A stretch of 64,000 nt of DNA from Bacteroidota bacterium. Its GTDB lineage: Bacteria > Bacteroidota > Bacteroidia > Bacteroidales > VadinHA17. Below are positions 30,498 through 38,334 of this stretch, piece by piece. The stretch is from positions 13,883 to 77,882 of the forward strand of contig JAZDMU010000012.1 in the NCBI GenBank assembly GCA_043800695.1, written 5' to 3'. Each line of letters starts with the position of its first letter. Positions within the stretch are counted from its first letter, which is position 1. A program made the translations under genes and the position numbers. The notes beneath the pieces were generated by a model, which saw nothing but the letters and a program-made list of their open reading frames with translations, did not search any database and had not been told where the DNA came from.

Positions 30498-30532
30498 AAC
30501 AAAATGCCATCAGCCGCACGGCCTGCATGGCA
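30498..30532 (-). terminator. Intrinsic terminator ~40 nt downstream of the peptide gene
   Basis: Minus strand: TGCCAT(G)CAG(G)CCG-tg-CGGCTGATGGCA (12 bp, two G bulges), followed directly by TTTTGTT. Confidence 0.5.
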
Positions 30533-30570
30533 GAGTCCCTGCAGAATCCTGCAGGAAATATTTCAGAATG

Positions 30571-30702
30571 TCAAATTTTTACTGGAGGAGGAGGAACCAT
30601 ATCACCGGGACCGTCACCGCCGCGTACATTAATCATTTCTTCATTTGAGAGAGCAAATTCAGCAAAAATGTCAACTGTTTTTTCAAAATCCAGGGTTTTC
30701 AT
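30571..30702 (-). CDS. Double-glycine-leader precursor peptide (43 aa; predicted 14-aa core DGPGDMVPPPPVKI)
   Basis: MKTLDFEKTVDIFAEFALSNEEMINVRGG|DGPGDMVPPPPVKI. The leader matches the consensus L(-12)..E(-8)-hydrophobic(-7)..V(-4).G(-2)G(-1). The ATG at 30702-30700 was verified in the sequence. A C39-peptidase ABC exporter lies 4 kb away. Confidence 0.75.
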   Translation of the reverse strand: MKTLDFEKTVDIFAEFALSNEEMINVRGGDGPGDMVPPPPVKI

Positions 30703-30760
30703 AATTCTCGTTTTAACAATTAATAATTCAGGGTAATTCAGAAGTACATGTCGGATGACA

Positions 30761-30768
30761 TACATTTG
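30761..30768 (+). promoter_or_regulatory. Bacteroidota -7 promoter box upstream of the CHAT gene
   Basis: TACATTTG (TAnnTTTG) lies 125 nt upstream of the ATG at 30893. Confidence 0.3.
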
Positions 30769-30892
30769 TGACACAAAAAATGCAAATATTTTTTCTGAAA
30801 TGCATGATACATTGATTATCAACCATATATATAAATATAAACTTCGAAAAAAAATAGTAGTTTTGATTACTGAATCAGATTTAAGTGTTGAC

Positions 30893-33800
30893 ATGATGCC
30901 GAAACGCATATATAAATTCTGGCTGTTGTTTTTATTTCTGGTATTATTCTGTCCTTCAGCGGTAGATGCATCGTTATTCTGGTCCCGGGCTCAGAATGGT
31001 CCAATTGACAGCGTTACCTCCAGGATTGGTTCCCTCTTTCTGGCGAAGGATTTCAATGCCTTAAAAAACCTTTCCGACAGTTTGAAAAACTCGCTGGCAA
31101 CTACTCGGCCTGGCAGTGCATCATTGTCAGAGATCTATTATAATATAGGTGTATCGCTATTGCTATGCGATAAATATAATGAAGCCCTTGACTGGCTGAC
31201 CCTATGCGTTGAGGTAAAGGAGAAGCTGGGGATCACCGATAATCATTATGCAAATGCTGTTTTTAATATAGGAGTTGCATACAATTACCTGGGCGACCTC
31301 TCAAGAGTCACTGATTACATGTTCCATTACATAAAAGTGGCTGAAAGGATGTATGGCGAATTCAGCCCTGAGGTTGCTGGAGCCTATTCAACGCTTGCAG
31401 GCGCCTCACTGGAACAATCTGATTATAACAGCCACAGGGAATACAACGCCAAAACACTGGAAATACTGAATGATAACAAGGAAGCGCTGAAAGGATCGGA
31501 ACTGTCCAGGTTTTACATCAACATGGGTGTGGGGTATTCCAGGCTCGCTGATTACGCAAAAGCCCGGATATATTTAGAGAAGGCTGAAGCAATTTACAAT
31601 AAGGAAAATCTGGAAAGGGATAACAATTATATCAATTTGATCAACAGCCTGGCATTGGCCTATGGAAACCTTGGTTTGACGTCAAGGGAGGAAGACTACT
31701 ATGAAAGGGGGATGGAGCTTGCTGTCCGGAGCAATTCATTCCTCGCGTTTAACCTGATATATAATTTTGCAAATGAGATGGGCCGGTCGGGTCAAATAGC
31801 CAGGGGAGAGGAGATGATCAGTGATCTCGTTGAAAGATCAGGCAGGGTGTACGGACAAGATTCCCGCTTTTGTATAGAAGCCCTTCATATTTATGCGGAA
31901 TACATGGCAGAGTATAAACATGATTATAAAAATTCGGTTCGTTTGTTCCTTCCATGTCTTGATTACATTGAAAGACATGCAGAAGAAACCGCTCTTCGCG
32001 AGCCGGTGCTGTCAGGTTACGCTTTCAGTCTGTCCAAAGACGGACAACATGAGGAAGCTTTAAAGGTGATACAGAACCTTATTTTTTATGGTTATGATAC
32101 GAAAGAACCCCGGGGTAAATACGAGAACCCGGAACCGGAAGAGTTGAGAACCGACCGGCGAATGGTTCGCGTGCTAAGAATTAAACGCGAAATACTGAAA
32201 CAGATCTATTCAGAATCAGGAAGTCAGGAAGTACTTGAAAATGCTGCAATTACATCTGAATTGATAATATCCCTGATCGACAAAATAAGAATAAGCATCA
32301 GCGAAGATGAAAGCAGGATAGTGCTCGGTAGCAGCTACAGGGATTCATATTTGCTGGCTATCAGTGATTTTGAGCTCTGCTACAGGAACACAGGGGAAAC
32401 ACGGTTCCTTGAAAAGGTATTCGAATTTGCCGAGAAAAGCAAGGTGGCGGGATTGCTCTCTGCAACCCGCGAACTGAATGCCGTGAATTTCCACATACCT
32501 GCCGGTATAGCCGAACTTGAAAAATCACTTCAGCGCGATATTGCTTTCTATAATTCAAGGATATCAGGTGAGAATGAAAAGACTGATCCTGACAGAAACC
32601 TTATTGCAGAATGGAATAACCGGCTTTTCGAAAGGATCAGGGCCAGAGACTCACTGGTAATGACTTTTGAGAGGGATTATCCCGGATATTATACTTTAAA
32701 GTATGCTGCTGATGTATTATCCATAAAAGATGTTCCTCACATAGCGGGACGAAATGCAAACTACCTGAATTATGTTGTGTCCGACTCCCTGCTTTATATA
32801 ATGCTGGTTAACAGGAAATATGAGCATCTGGAAACCGTGAGGGTTGATTCGACACTCTCAGGAAAGCTACGTGAATTCAGATCGCTCCTCTCAGGTACCG
32901 AAATGTCAGTAAACGCCAGGAGTAAGTTTGAGGCTTTCAGCACAACGGGATACGAACTTTACAGGATTCTCATAGAACCGGTTCAGGAATACTTCATTTC
33001 CGATGAGCTTCTAATATCGCCCGACAATATCCTGTCTTACCTTCCCTTTGAGACTTTCCTCTCCTCCCCATATCAGGGAGAGAGGATCGTTTACCGCATG
33101 TTGCCGTACCTGATGAATGATTTCAGTATCTCATATACTTATTCCGCTTCGTTTATGAATGAGATTGTGGCCAGGGAGTTTAAAAAAACGCGGAAGCTAA
33201 CAGCATTTGCCCCTATGTATACAACGGCTATTGATCTGGATTCGCTGTCGGCAGTACGTGACGCGAATAGACAGATACTTTTTGACCTTCCTTATGCGCG
33301 CATCGAAGCAGAATATGTTTCCGGAATCTCGAACGGAACATTATTCCTTAATGAGGCCGCAAAGGAATCAGTATTTAAGGCTGAAGCAGAAAAGTACGAT
33401 ATCATACATCTGGCAATGCATACATGGCTGAATGACCAGAACCCGATGGCATCTGCCATGATCTTTGCGCAGGGACATGATCAGCCGGAGGATGGATTTC
33501 TGAATACATATGAGGTATACGGAATACCGCTTAAAGCCAGAATGGTTGTCCTGAGCTCCTGCAATACCGGATCAGGCATTTTATCATCAGGAGAAGGCAT
33601 TTTAAGCCTTGCCAGGGGCTTCATGTACTCCGGAAGCCAGTCAGTGGTGATGTCAATGTGGGAAATAGAGGACAAGTCGGGTACCGAAATAGTGAAGATG
33701 TTTTACGATGAGCTTCAGAAAGGAATGTCAAAAAGCAGGGCATTGAAAAAAGCAAGGACAGAATATCTAAGGGATGCGAGCCAGCTCAAGTCGCACCCCT

Positions 33801-33934
33801 ATTTCTGGGCCTCGCTGGTTGTATATGGCGACAATTCGCCGGTTTATCCCGGTATACTGATGACCATAATTATATTGAGCTTAGCCGGGATTTTCCTCAT
33901 AGTTACCTACTTCATGTATCGCAGGTACTCCTGA
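30893..33934 (+). CDS. Exported, membrane-anchored TPR-CHAT domain protein (caspase-like peptidase)
   Basis: Probable start MMPKRIYKFWLLFLFLVLFCPSAVDA (signal peptide). N-terminal TPR_12-like repeats (YYNIGVSLLLCDKYNEAL, FNIGVAYNYLGDL, YINMGVGYSRLADYAKA). C-terminal CHAT domain with His (IIHLAMHTW) and Cys (VVLSSCNTGSG). C-terminal TM helix LMTIIILSLAGIFLIVTYF. Confidence 0.85.
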   Translation: MMPKRIYKFWLLFLFLVLFCPSAVDASLFWSRAQNGPIDSVTSRIGSLFLAKDFNALKNLSDSLKNSLATTRPGSASLSEIYYNIGVSLLLCDKYNEALDWLTLCVEVKEKLGITDNHYANAVFNIGVAYNYLGDLSRVTDYMFHYIKVAERMYGEFSPEVAGAYSTLAGASLEQSDYNSHREYNAKTLEILNDNKEALKGSELSRFYINMGVGYSRLADYAKARIYLEKAEAIYNKENLERDNNYINLINSLALAYGNLGLTSREEDYYERGMELAVRSNSFLAFNLIYNFANEMGRSGQIARGEEMISDLVERSGRVYGQDSRFCIEALHIYAEYMAEYKHDYKNSVRLFLPCLDYIERHAEETALREPVLSGYAFSLSKDGQHEEALKVIQNLIFYGYDTKEPRGKYENPEPEELRTDRRMVRVLRIKREILKQIYSESGSQEVLENAAITSELIISLIDKIRISISEDESRIVLGSSYRDSYLLAISDFELCYRNTGETRFLEKVFEFAEKSKVAGLLSATRELNAVNFHIPAGIAELEKSLQRDIAFYNSRISGENEKTDPDRNLIAEWNNRLFERIRARDSLVMTFERDYPGYYTLKYAADVLSIKDVPHIAGRNANYLNYVVSDSLLYIMLVNRKYEHLETVRVDSTLSGKLREFRSLLSGTEMSVNARSKFEAFSTTGYELYRILIEPVQEYFISDELLISPDNILSYLPFETFLSSPYQGERIVYRMLPYLMNDFSISYTYSASFMNEIVAREFKKTRKLTAFAPMYTTAIDLDSLSAVRDANRQILFDLPYARIEAEYVSGISNGTLFLNEAAKESVFKAEAEKYDIIHLAMHTWLNDQNPMASAMIFAQGHDQPEDGFLNTYEVYGIPLKARMVVLSSCNTGSGILSSGEGILSLARGFMYSGSQSVVMSMWEIEDKSGTEIVKMFYDELQKGMSKSRALKKARTEYLRDASQLKSHPYFWASLVVYGDNSPVYPGILMTIIILSLAGIFLIVTYFMYRRYS

Positions 33935-34476
33935 TATTCCTGATCTTTTTTTACCAGTACGATTAGAGCTTCCTTGCTCAGATACTTCTTCCTGCGTGCA
34001 TATATCTCACTTTTCAGGTTCATTTTCCGGGCTATCTCCTCGTATGTGCACCCCTCGGCAAACAGCGTCAGTACAAGCTGATTGTCAGGATTCAACTTCT
34101 GGAAAGCCCTGCTCACTATTCTTTCAAACATAAGTAGTGCATCCGACTCTTCATATTCAATCTCATCAGGAAGATCATTATCAAGTCCCGTGGTCTTCCT
34201 TTTCTTCCTGAGATAGGCATTCCAGACATTCTTTGCTATTCCGAAAAAGTATCCCTTAAGATCTGATGTGAGTTCAAGTTTCTGGTCACTTATTTGTTTG
34301 AAAAGGATGATTATCGTGTCCTGGAAAACATCAGAAACATCCTCACCTATTCCGCTGTTCTTCATAACATAGTTCCGGACCATCTGAAAATAATTATCAT
34401 ACAGCCAGTTAAGGGTTTTATCGTCCTGCTTCCTTATACCCTCAATTATATTTTTATCCGAAACCCTTTTAAACAA
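33907..34476 (-). CDS. ECF-type RNA polymerase sigma-70 family factor
   Basis: Region 2 (DVSDVFQDTIIILFKQI...YFFGIAKNVWNAYLRK) and a region 4 HTH (LTLFAEGCTYEEIARKMNL). TTG start; no ATG is placed to preserve region 2. The 3' end overlaps the CHAT gene's 3' end by 28 nt in convergent orientation. Confidence 0.85.
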   Translation of the reverse strand: MFKRVSDKNIIEGIRKQDDKTLNWLYDNYFQMVRNYVMKNSGIGEDVSDVFQDTIIILFKQISDQKLELTSDLKGYFFGIAKNVWNAYLRKKRKTTGLDNDLPDEIEYEESDALLMFERIVSRAFQKLNPDNQLVLTLFAEGCTYEEIARKMNLKSEIYARRKKYLSKEALIVLVKKDQEYQEYLRYMK

Positions 34477-34524
34477 TCCCCGTTTATAGAATGTAGTGGC
34501 AAATATAGTATTTCCGGTTAAGGA

Positions 34525-34532
34525 TACATTTG
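34525..34532 (+). promoter_or_regulatory. Bacteroidota -7 promoter box upstream of the PCAT gene
   Basis: TACATTTG lies 96 nt upstream of the ATG at 34628. Confidence 0.3.
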
Positions 34533-34627
34533 GTGCATTGCCGTCTTTTGAATTTATGGCAGGCGCAGTTATCTTCTTGTTAAAATATAAATATCTTTAC
34601 TCAGCATAATAAACATCAGTAGAAGAA

Positions 34628-36814
34628 ATGCCTTTCCCCTTCGTAAAACAGCCTGATGCCATGGATTGCGGTCCGGCATGCCTGAAAATGGTGTCGGCTT
34701 TTTACGGTAAGAACTTTTCGCTCGAAACGATACGCAGGAAATGCTATATTACCCGGGAGGGAGTATCATTTCTCGGACTCTCTGAGGCAGCCGACTCCCT
34801 GGGCTTTAAAACGCTTGGTGTTAAAATTCCCCTTGAAATGCTCGAGGAAAACGTTCCGCTTCCCTGCATTGTGCACTGGCGCCAGCGTCATTTTATAGTT
34901 GTATATAAGATCAGGAAGGGCATTGTCTGGGCAGCTGATCCTGCATTCGGCCTCGTCAGATACGACAGAGAAGAATTCATAAAGAACTGGGCATCAACAG
35001 TCTCTGACGGCAAACCGGCAGGGCTTGTACTGATTATGGAACCTTCGCCTGCGCTATATGAAAAGGAAAGCGAACATGAAAGATCGCAGGGTTTCAGGTT
35101 CCTTTTCAGGTATTTCCGCCTGTACGACAGGTATTTCTTCCAACTCATCCTGGGCCTGCTAATAGGCAGCGGCATTCAGCTTGTAATACCTTTCCTTACA
35201 CAGTCCATAATCGATATCGGCATCAATAACAGCGACCTGGGATTCATTTACCTGATTCTCTTTGCCCAGCTTTCACTGGTTATTGGCAGGATGTCGGTCG
35301 AATTCATCAGAGGCTGGCTGCTGTTGCATATTGGTACCCGGGTCAATGTGGCGATAATATCCGGTTTTCTTCAGAAACTGATGTCACTTCCAATAGCATT
35401 TTTTGACACCAAGCTTACGGGAGATATCCTCCAGAGAGTTGAAGACAACTCCAGGATCGAGGAGTTCCTTACTTCAACCAGCCTCTCAATACTCTTCTCA
35501 TTCTTTAACCTTGTTATCTTCGGCATAGTTCTGGCTATCTTCAATATCAGGATACTTGCGATCTTCCTTGCCGGATCGGCTTTGTATATGCTCTGGGTTT
35601 CCCTGTTCATGAAGCAAAGAGCTAAACTCGACCAGCAGAGATTTAAGCAAATGTCAGTCTCGGGGAACAAACTAATAAGCATGGTCAATGGAATGCAGGA
35701 GATCAAGCTTACCCAAAGCGAGATAAGTCAGCGCTGGGACTGGGAGAGGCTTCAGGCGGCGTTGTTTGGACTTAAAATCAAGTCACTTGGTATAATTCAG
35801 TATCAGTCGGCAGGCGCTACATTTCTGAACGAGGTAACCAACCTGCTTATCACCGTCGTTGCTGCTACAGCTGTCCTGAAAGGCGATATGACGCTTGGAG
35901 CAATGCTGGCGGTCCAGTTCATTATCGGACAGATGAATGCCCCGGTCAGCCAGGTGATATCATTTTTCAGGATGTCGCAGGATGCCCGAATGAGCCTGGA
36001 CAGGCTTTCGGAGGTTCACGAAATGAAGGACGAAGAGCCTGAACCGGAATACAAGGTCAGGAAACTGCCCGACAAAAAAGACATTTTTGTGAATAACGTC
36101 TCATTCCAGTATGAGGGGCCTCATTCGCCCTACGCTCTCAAGGATATAGATCTATTCATTGAGGAAGGACAGACAACAGCCATTGTCGGAACCAGCGGCA
36201 GCGGAAAGACTACACTGCTCAAATTGCTGCTTGGGTTTTACCAGCCGGTATCAGGAGATATCCTAATAGGTGACACCCGCCTGGCCAACCTCAGCCTGAA
36301 AGTGTGGAGGCATAAAACAGGCGCCGTGATGCAGGACGGATTCCTCTTCCCGGAGACAATTGCAGCCAACATCGCCCCGGGGATCGACGATGTTAATGAG
36401 GATAAAATGGTAAGAGCAGCAGAAGTCGCCAACATCCGTGGATTCATTGAATCACTGCCCCTGGGATATAATACAAAGGTAGGAGCGAACGGGCATGGAC
36501 TGAGCGAAGGACAGATGCAGCGCATGCTTATTGCAAGGGTCGTATATAAGGATCCCGACATTATTATCTTTGATGAAGCAACCAATTCACTCGATGCAAA
36601 CAACGAGAAAGCCATCGTGGAGAATCTTGCAGGATTTTTCAGCGGCAAGACAGTGATCATTGTAGCTCACAGGCTAAGCACTGTAAGAAACGCCGATAAG
36701 ATCGTGGTAATGGATAATGGCCGGATAGCAGAAACAGGAACTCATGACACGCTTATCGATAACCGGGGACCCTATTTTAACCTGGTGAAAAACCAGCTTG
36801 AGCTTGGAAAATAA
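34628..36814 (+). CDS. Peptidase-containing ABC transporter (PCAT): C39 peptidase + TMD + NBD
   Basis: C39 catalytic Cys in QPDAMDCGPACLKMV, His in HWRQRHFIVVY and a following ADP. Six-TM ABC_membrane domain. Walker A GTSGSGKTT, signature LSEGQMQR, Walker B IIIFDEATNSLD, H-loop VAHRLS. Confidence 0.92.
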   Translation: MPFPFVKQPDAMDCGPACLKMVSAFYGKNFSLETIRRKCYITREGVSFLGLSEAADSLGFKTLGVKIPLEMLEENVPLPCIVHWRQRHFIVVYKIRKGIVWAADPAFGLVRYDREEFIKNWASTVSDGKPAGLVLIMEPSPALYEKESEHERSQGFRFLFRYFRLYDRYFFQLILGLLIGSGIQLVIPFLTQSIIDIGINNSDLGFIYLILFAQLSLVIGRMSVEFIRGWLLLHIGTRVNVAIISGFLQKLMSLPIAFFDTKLTGDILQRVEDNSRIEEFLTSTSLSILFSFFNLVIFGIVLAIFNIRILAIFLAGSALYMLWVSLFMKQRAKLDQQRFKQMSVSGNKLISMVNGMQEIKLTQSEISQRWDWERLQAALFGLKIKSLGIIQYQSAGATFLNEVTNLLITVVAATAVLKGDMTLGAMLAVQFIIGQMNAPVSQVISFFRMSQDARMSLDRLSEVHEMKDEEPEPEYKVRKLPDKKDIFVNNVSFQYEGPHSPYALKDIDLFIEEGQTTAIVGTSGSGKTTLLKLLLGFYQPVSGDILIGDTRLANLSLKVWRHKTGAVMQDGFLFPETIAANIAPGIDDVNEDKMVRAAEVANIRGFIESLPLGYNTKVGANGHGLSEGQMQRMLIARVVYKDPDIIIFDEATNSLDANNEKAIVENLAGFFSGKTVIIVAHRLSTVRNADKIVVMDNGRIAETGTHDTLIDNRGPYFNLVKNQLELGK

Positions 36815-36821
36815 ACTCAGG

Positions 36822-38114
36822 ATGAAGAACAGAAAACCTGAAATATTGTACTCTGACCCCGTGAGGGAGATCATTTCAGATCCCCCGAACAGGATAGTCA
36901 GGTGGGGGACAACGCTGATATTCTCCGTTCTGGTACTGTTGGCTCTCCTTTCCTGGCTAATCAAATATCCTGATGTTGTGCCTGCCCCGGTGGAAATAAC
37001 AACTGTAAATCCGCCTGTAACGCTGGTTAGCAAAATAACAGGCCGTATTAATAGATTATACGTAAAAGACGGCGAAAATGTTTCACCCGGCGAGCTGATT
37101 GCCGTGATGGAGACTGCCGCATCAATTGGCGAAATAGAGAGGCTCAAGGCTGTAATGGATACGGTTCAGCGGCCTGAAAAACTTAATAATGAGCAGTTTC
37201 CGGCGCTATTTGAGCTTGGCGAACTCCAGGAGCAATATGCATCCTTCATGAAAGCCCTTGCCGATTACAATACATATGTTAAAAACGATTTTTATGGCAG
37301 TAAAATTAACTCTGTTTCTGATGAGATCGCAGGAATCGATGAATATATCCGGAGGATTGAGGTGAAGGAAAGGCTTGTTTCCCAAAACCTCCGGATTGAG
37401 GAAAGCAAATACAGTCGCGACTCAACGCTTCAATCCACGAGCGTATATTCCCAGAGCGATCTGGAAAAATCGAGGCAGGCATTCATAAGGACAAAGCTCG
37501 AACTTCAGGAGGTGAGGCTTGATTATGCTGCAAGGGTGATAGCGCTTGCAGAAAAAAGACAGCTTCTTCAGGACTACAGGATAAAGCGTCAGGAAGAGAA
37601 GGAGAAGCTCTCTTCTGCACTTGATGAAACATTTTTTAATCTTAAGGCTCAGATTAAAATATGGGAAAATGCTTATCTGCTGGTTTCTCCTGTCAGAGGG
37701 AAAGTTGCTTTTACTGAATACTGGAGTGAAAACCAGTCTGTAGCTGCTGACCAGGCAGTTCTATCAGTAGTGCCTGAAACAGCGGGGGATTTTATCGGCA
37801 GGATAAACCTGAAAATGCAAAGATCGGGAAAGGTGAAGGAAGGTCAGATGGTAAATATAAAATTGAGCGGGTATCCTTATCTTGAATATGGCATGGTACG
37901 TGGGATCGTCAGATCAAAATCACTGGTTCCTTCAGGCGATGCGTATGTAATTGAGGTAATACTTCCTGATGGCCTTACCACTCTGTACGGAAAGGGACTG
38001 GATTTCACCCAGAAGATGCAGGGTACTGCCGAAATCATAACTGAGGATCTCCGGCTGATTCAGAAAATAATAAATCCGTTCAGGCATCTTGCATCGAAAA
38101 GCAAAAACAGCTGA
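36822..38114 (+). CDS. HlyD-family secretion adaptor (membrane fusion protein)
   Basis: ATG at 36822, 8 nt after the PCAT stop (the ORF-caller TTG is at 36798). N-terminal TM (WGTTLIFSVLVLLALLSWLI), a lipoyl-like GEnVspGElI motif and a long coiled coil. Confidence 0.85.
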   Translation: MKNRKPEILYSDPVREIISDPPNRIVRWGTTLIFSVLVLLALLSWLIKYPDVVPAPVEITTVNPPVTLVSKITGRINRLYVKDGENVSPGELIAVMETAASIGEIERLKAVMDTVQRPEKLNNEQFPALFELGELQEQYASFMKALADYNTYVKNDFYGSKINSVSDEIAGIDEYIRRIEVKERLVSQNLRIEESKYSRDSTLQSTSVYSQSDLEKSRQAFIRTKLELQEVRLDYAARVIALAEKRQLLQDYRIKRQEEKEKLSSALDETFFNLKAQIKIWENAYLLVSPVRGKVAFTEYWSENQSVAADQAVLSVVPETAGDFIGRINLKMQRSGKVKEGQMVNIKLSGYPYLEYGMVRGIVRSKSLVPSGDAYVIEVILPDGLTTLYGKGLDFTQKMQGTAEIITEDLRLIQKIINPFRHLASKSKNS

Positions 38115-38121
38115 TCACTTC

Positions 38122-38139
38122 TTTTGGTAACTACCAAAA
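38122..38139 (+). terminator. Possible AT-rich terminator hairpin after the exporter operon
   Basis: TTTTGGTA-ac-TACCAAAA is a perfect 8-nt inverted repeat 8 nt after the stop at 38114. The stem is AT-rich, hence the low confidence. Confidence 0.3.
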
Positions 38140-38334
38140 CTTCTGTTGTACTCATAGAGTCTGATGATTTATAATTTTACCTGCAGTCATGACTATTGGC
38201 CTGCAATTTTTTTCAAAGATATTATTAAAGTTTTTAGAGTATTATTAAATATTTCAATATTTTCGTAGTCTGAAAAATCCATGGAGCGCCATGGTGAAGA
38301 ATGGATAGGAGGCTGAAACAAGAAAGGATTGAAT

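Noticed and set aside
30571-30909. A 112-aa minus-strand ORF, and the long N-terminal extension of the CHAT ORF starting at 30755. The two overlap each other across the divergent promoter region.
   Set aside because: The first 69 codons of the minus ORF and the first 46 codons of the plus ORF translate AT-rich promoter DNA into junk-like sequence. Credible starts are the ATG at 30702 (GG-leader peptide) and the ATG at 30893 (signal peptide).
30761-34532. The shared ATACATTTG motif upstream of both the CHAT gene (30761) and the PCAT gene (34525), considered as a system-specific ECF promoter.
   Set aside because: The same TACATTTG box also precedes the unrelated alkaline phosphatase gene (24941). 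It matches the general Bacteroidota housekeeping -7 consensus TAnnTTTG, so it is not evidence of a dedicated regulon.
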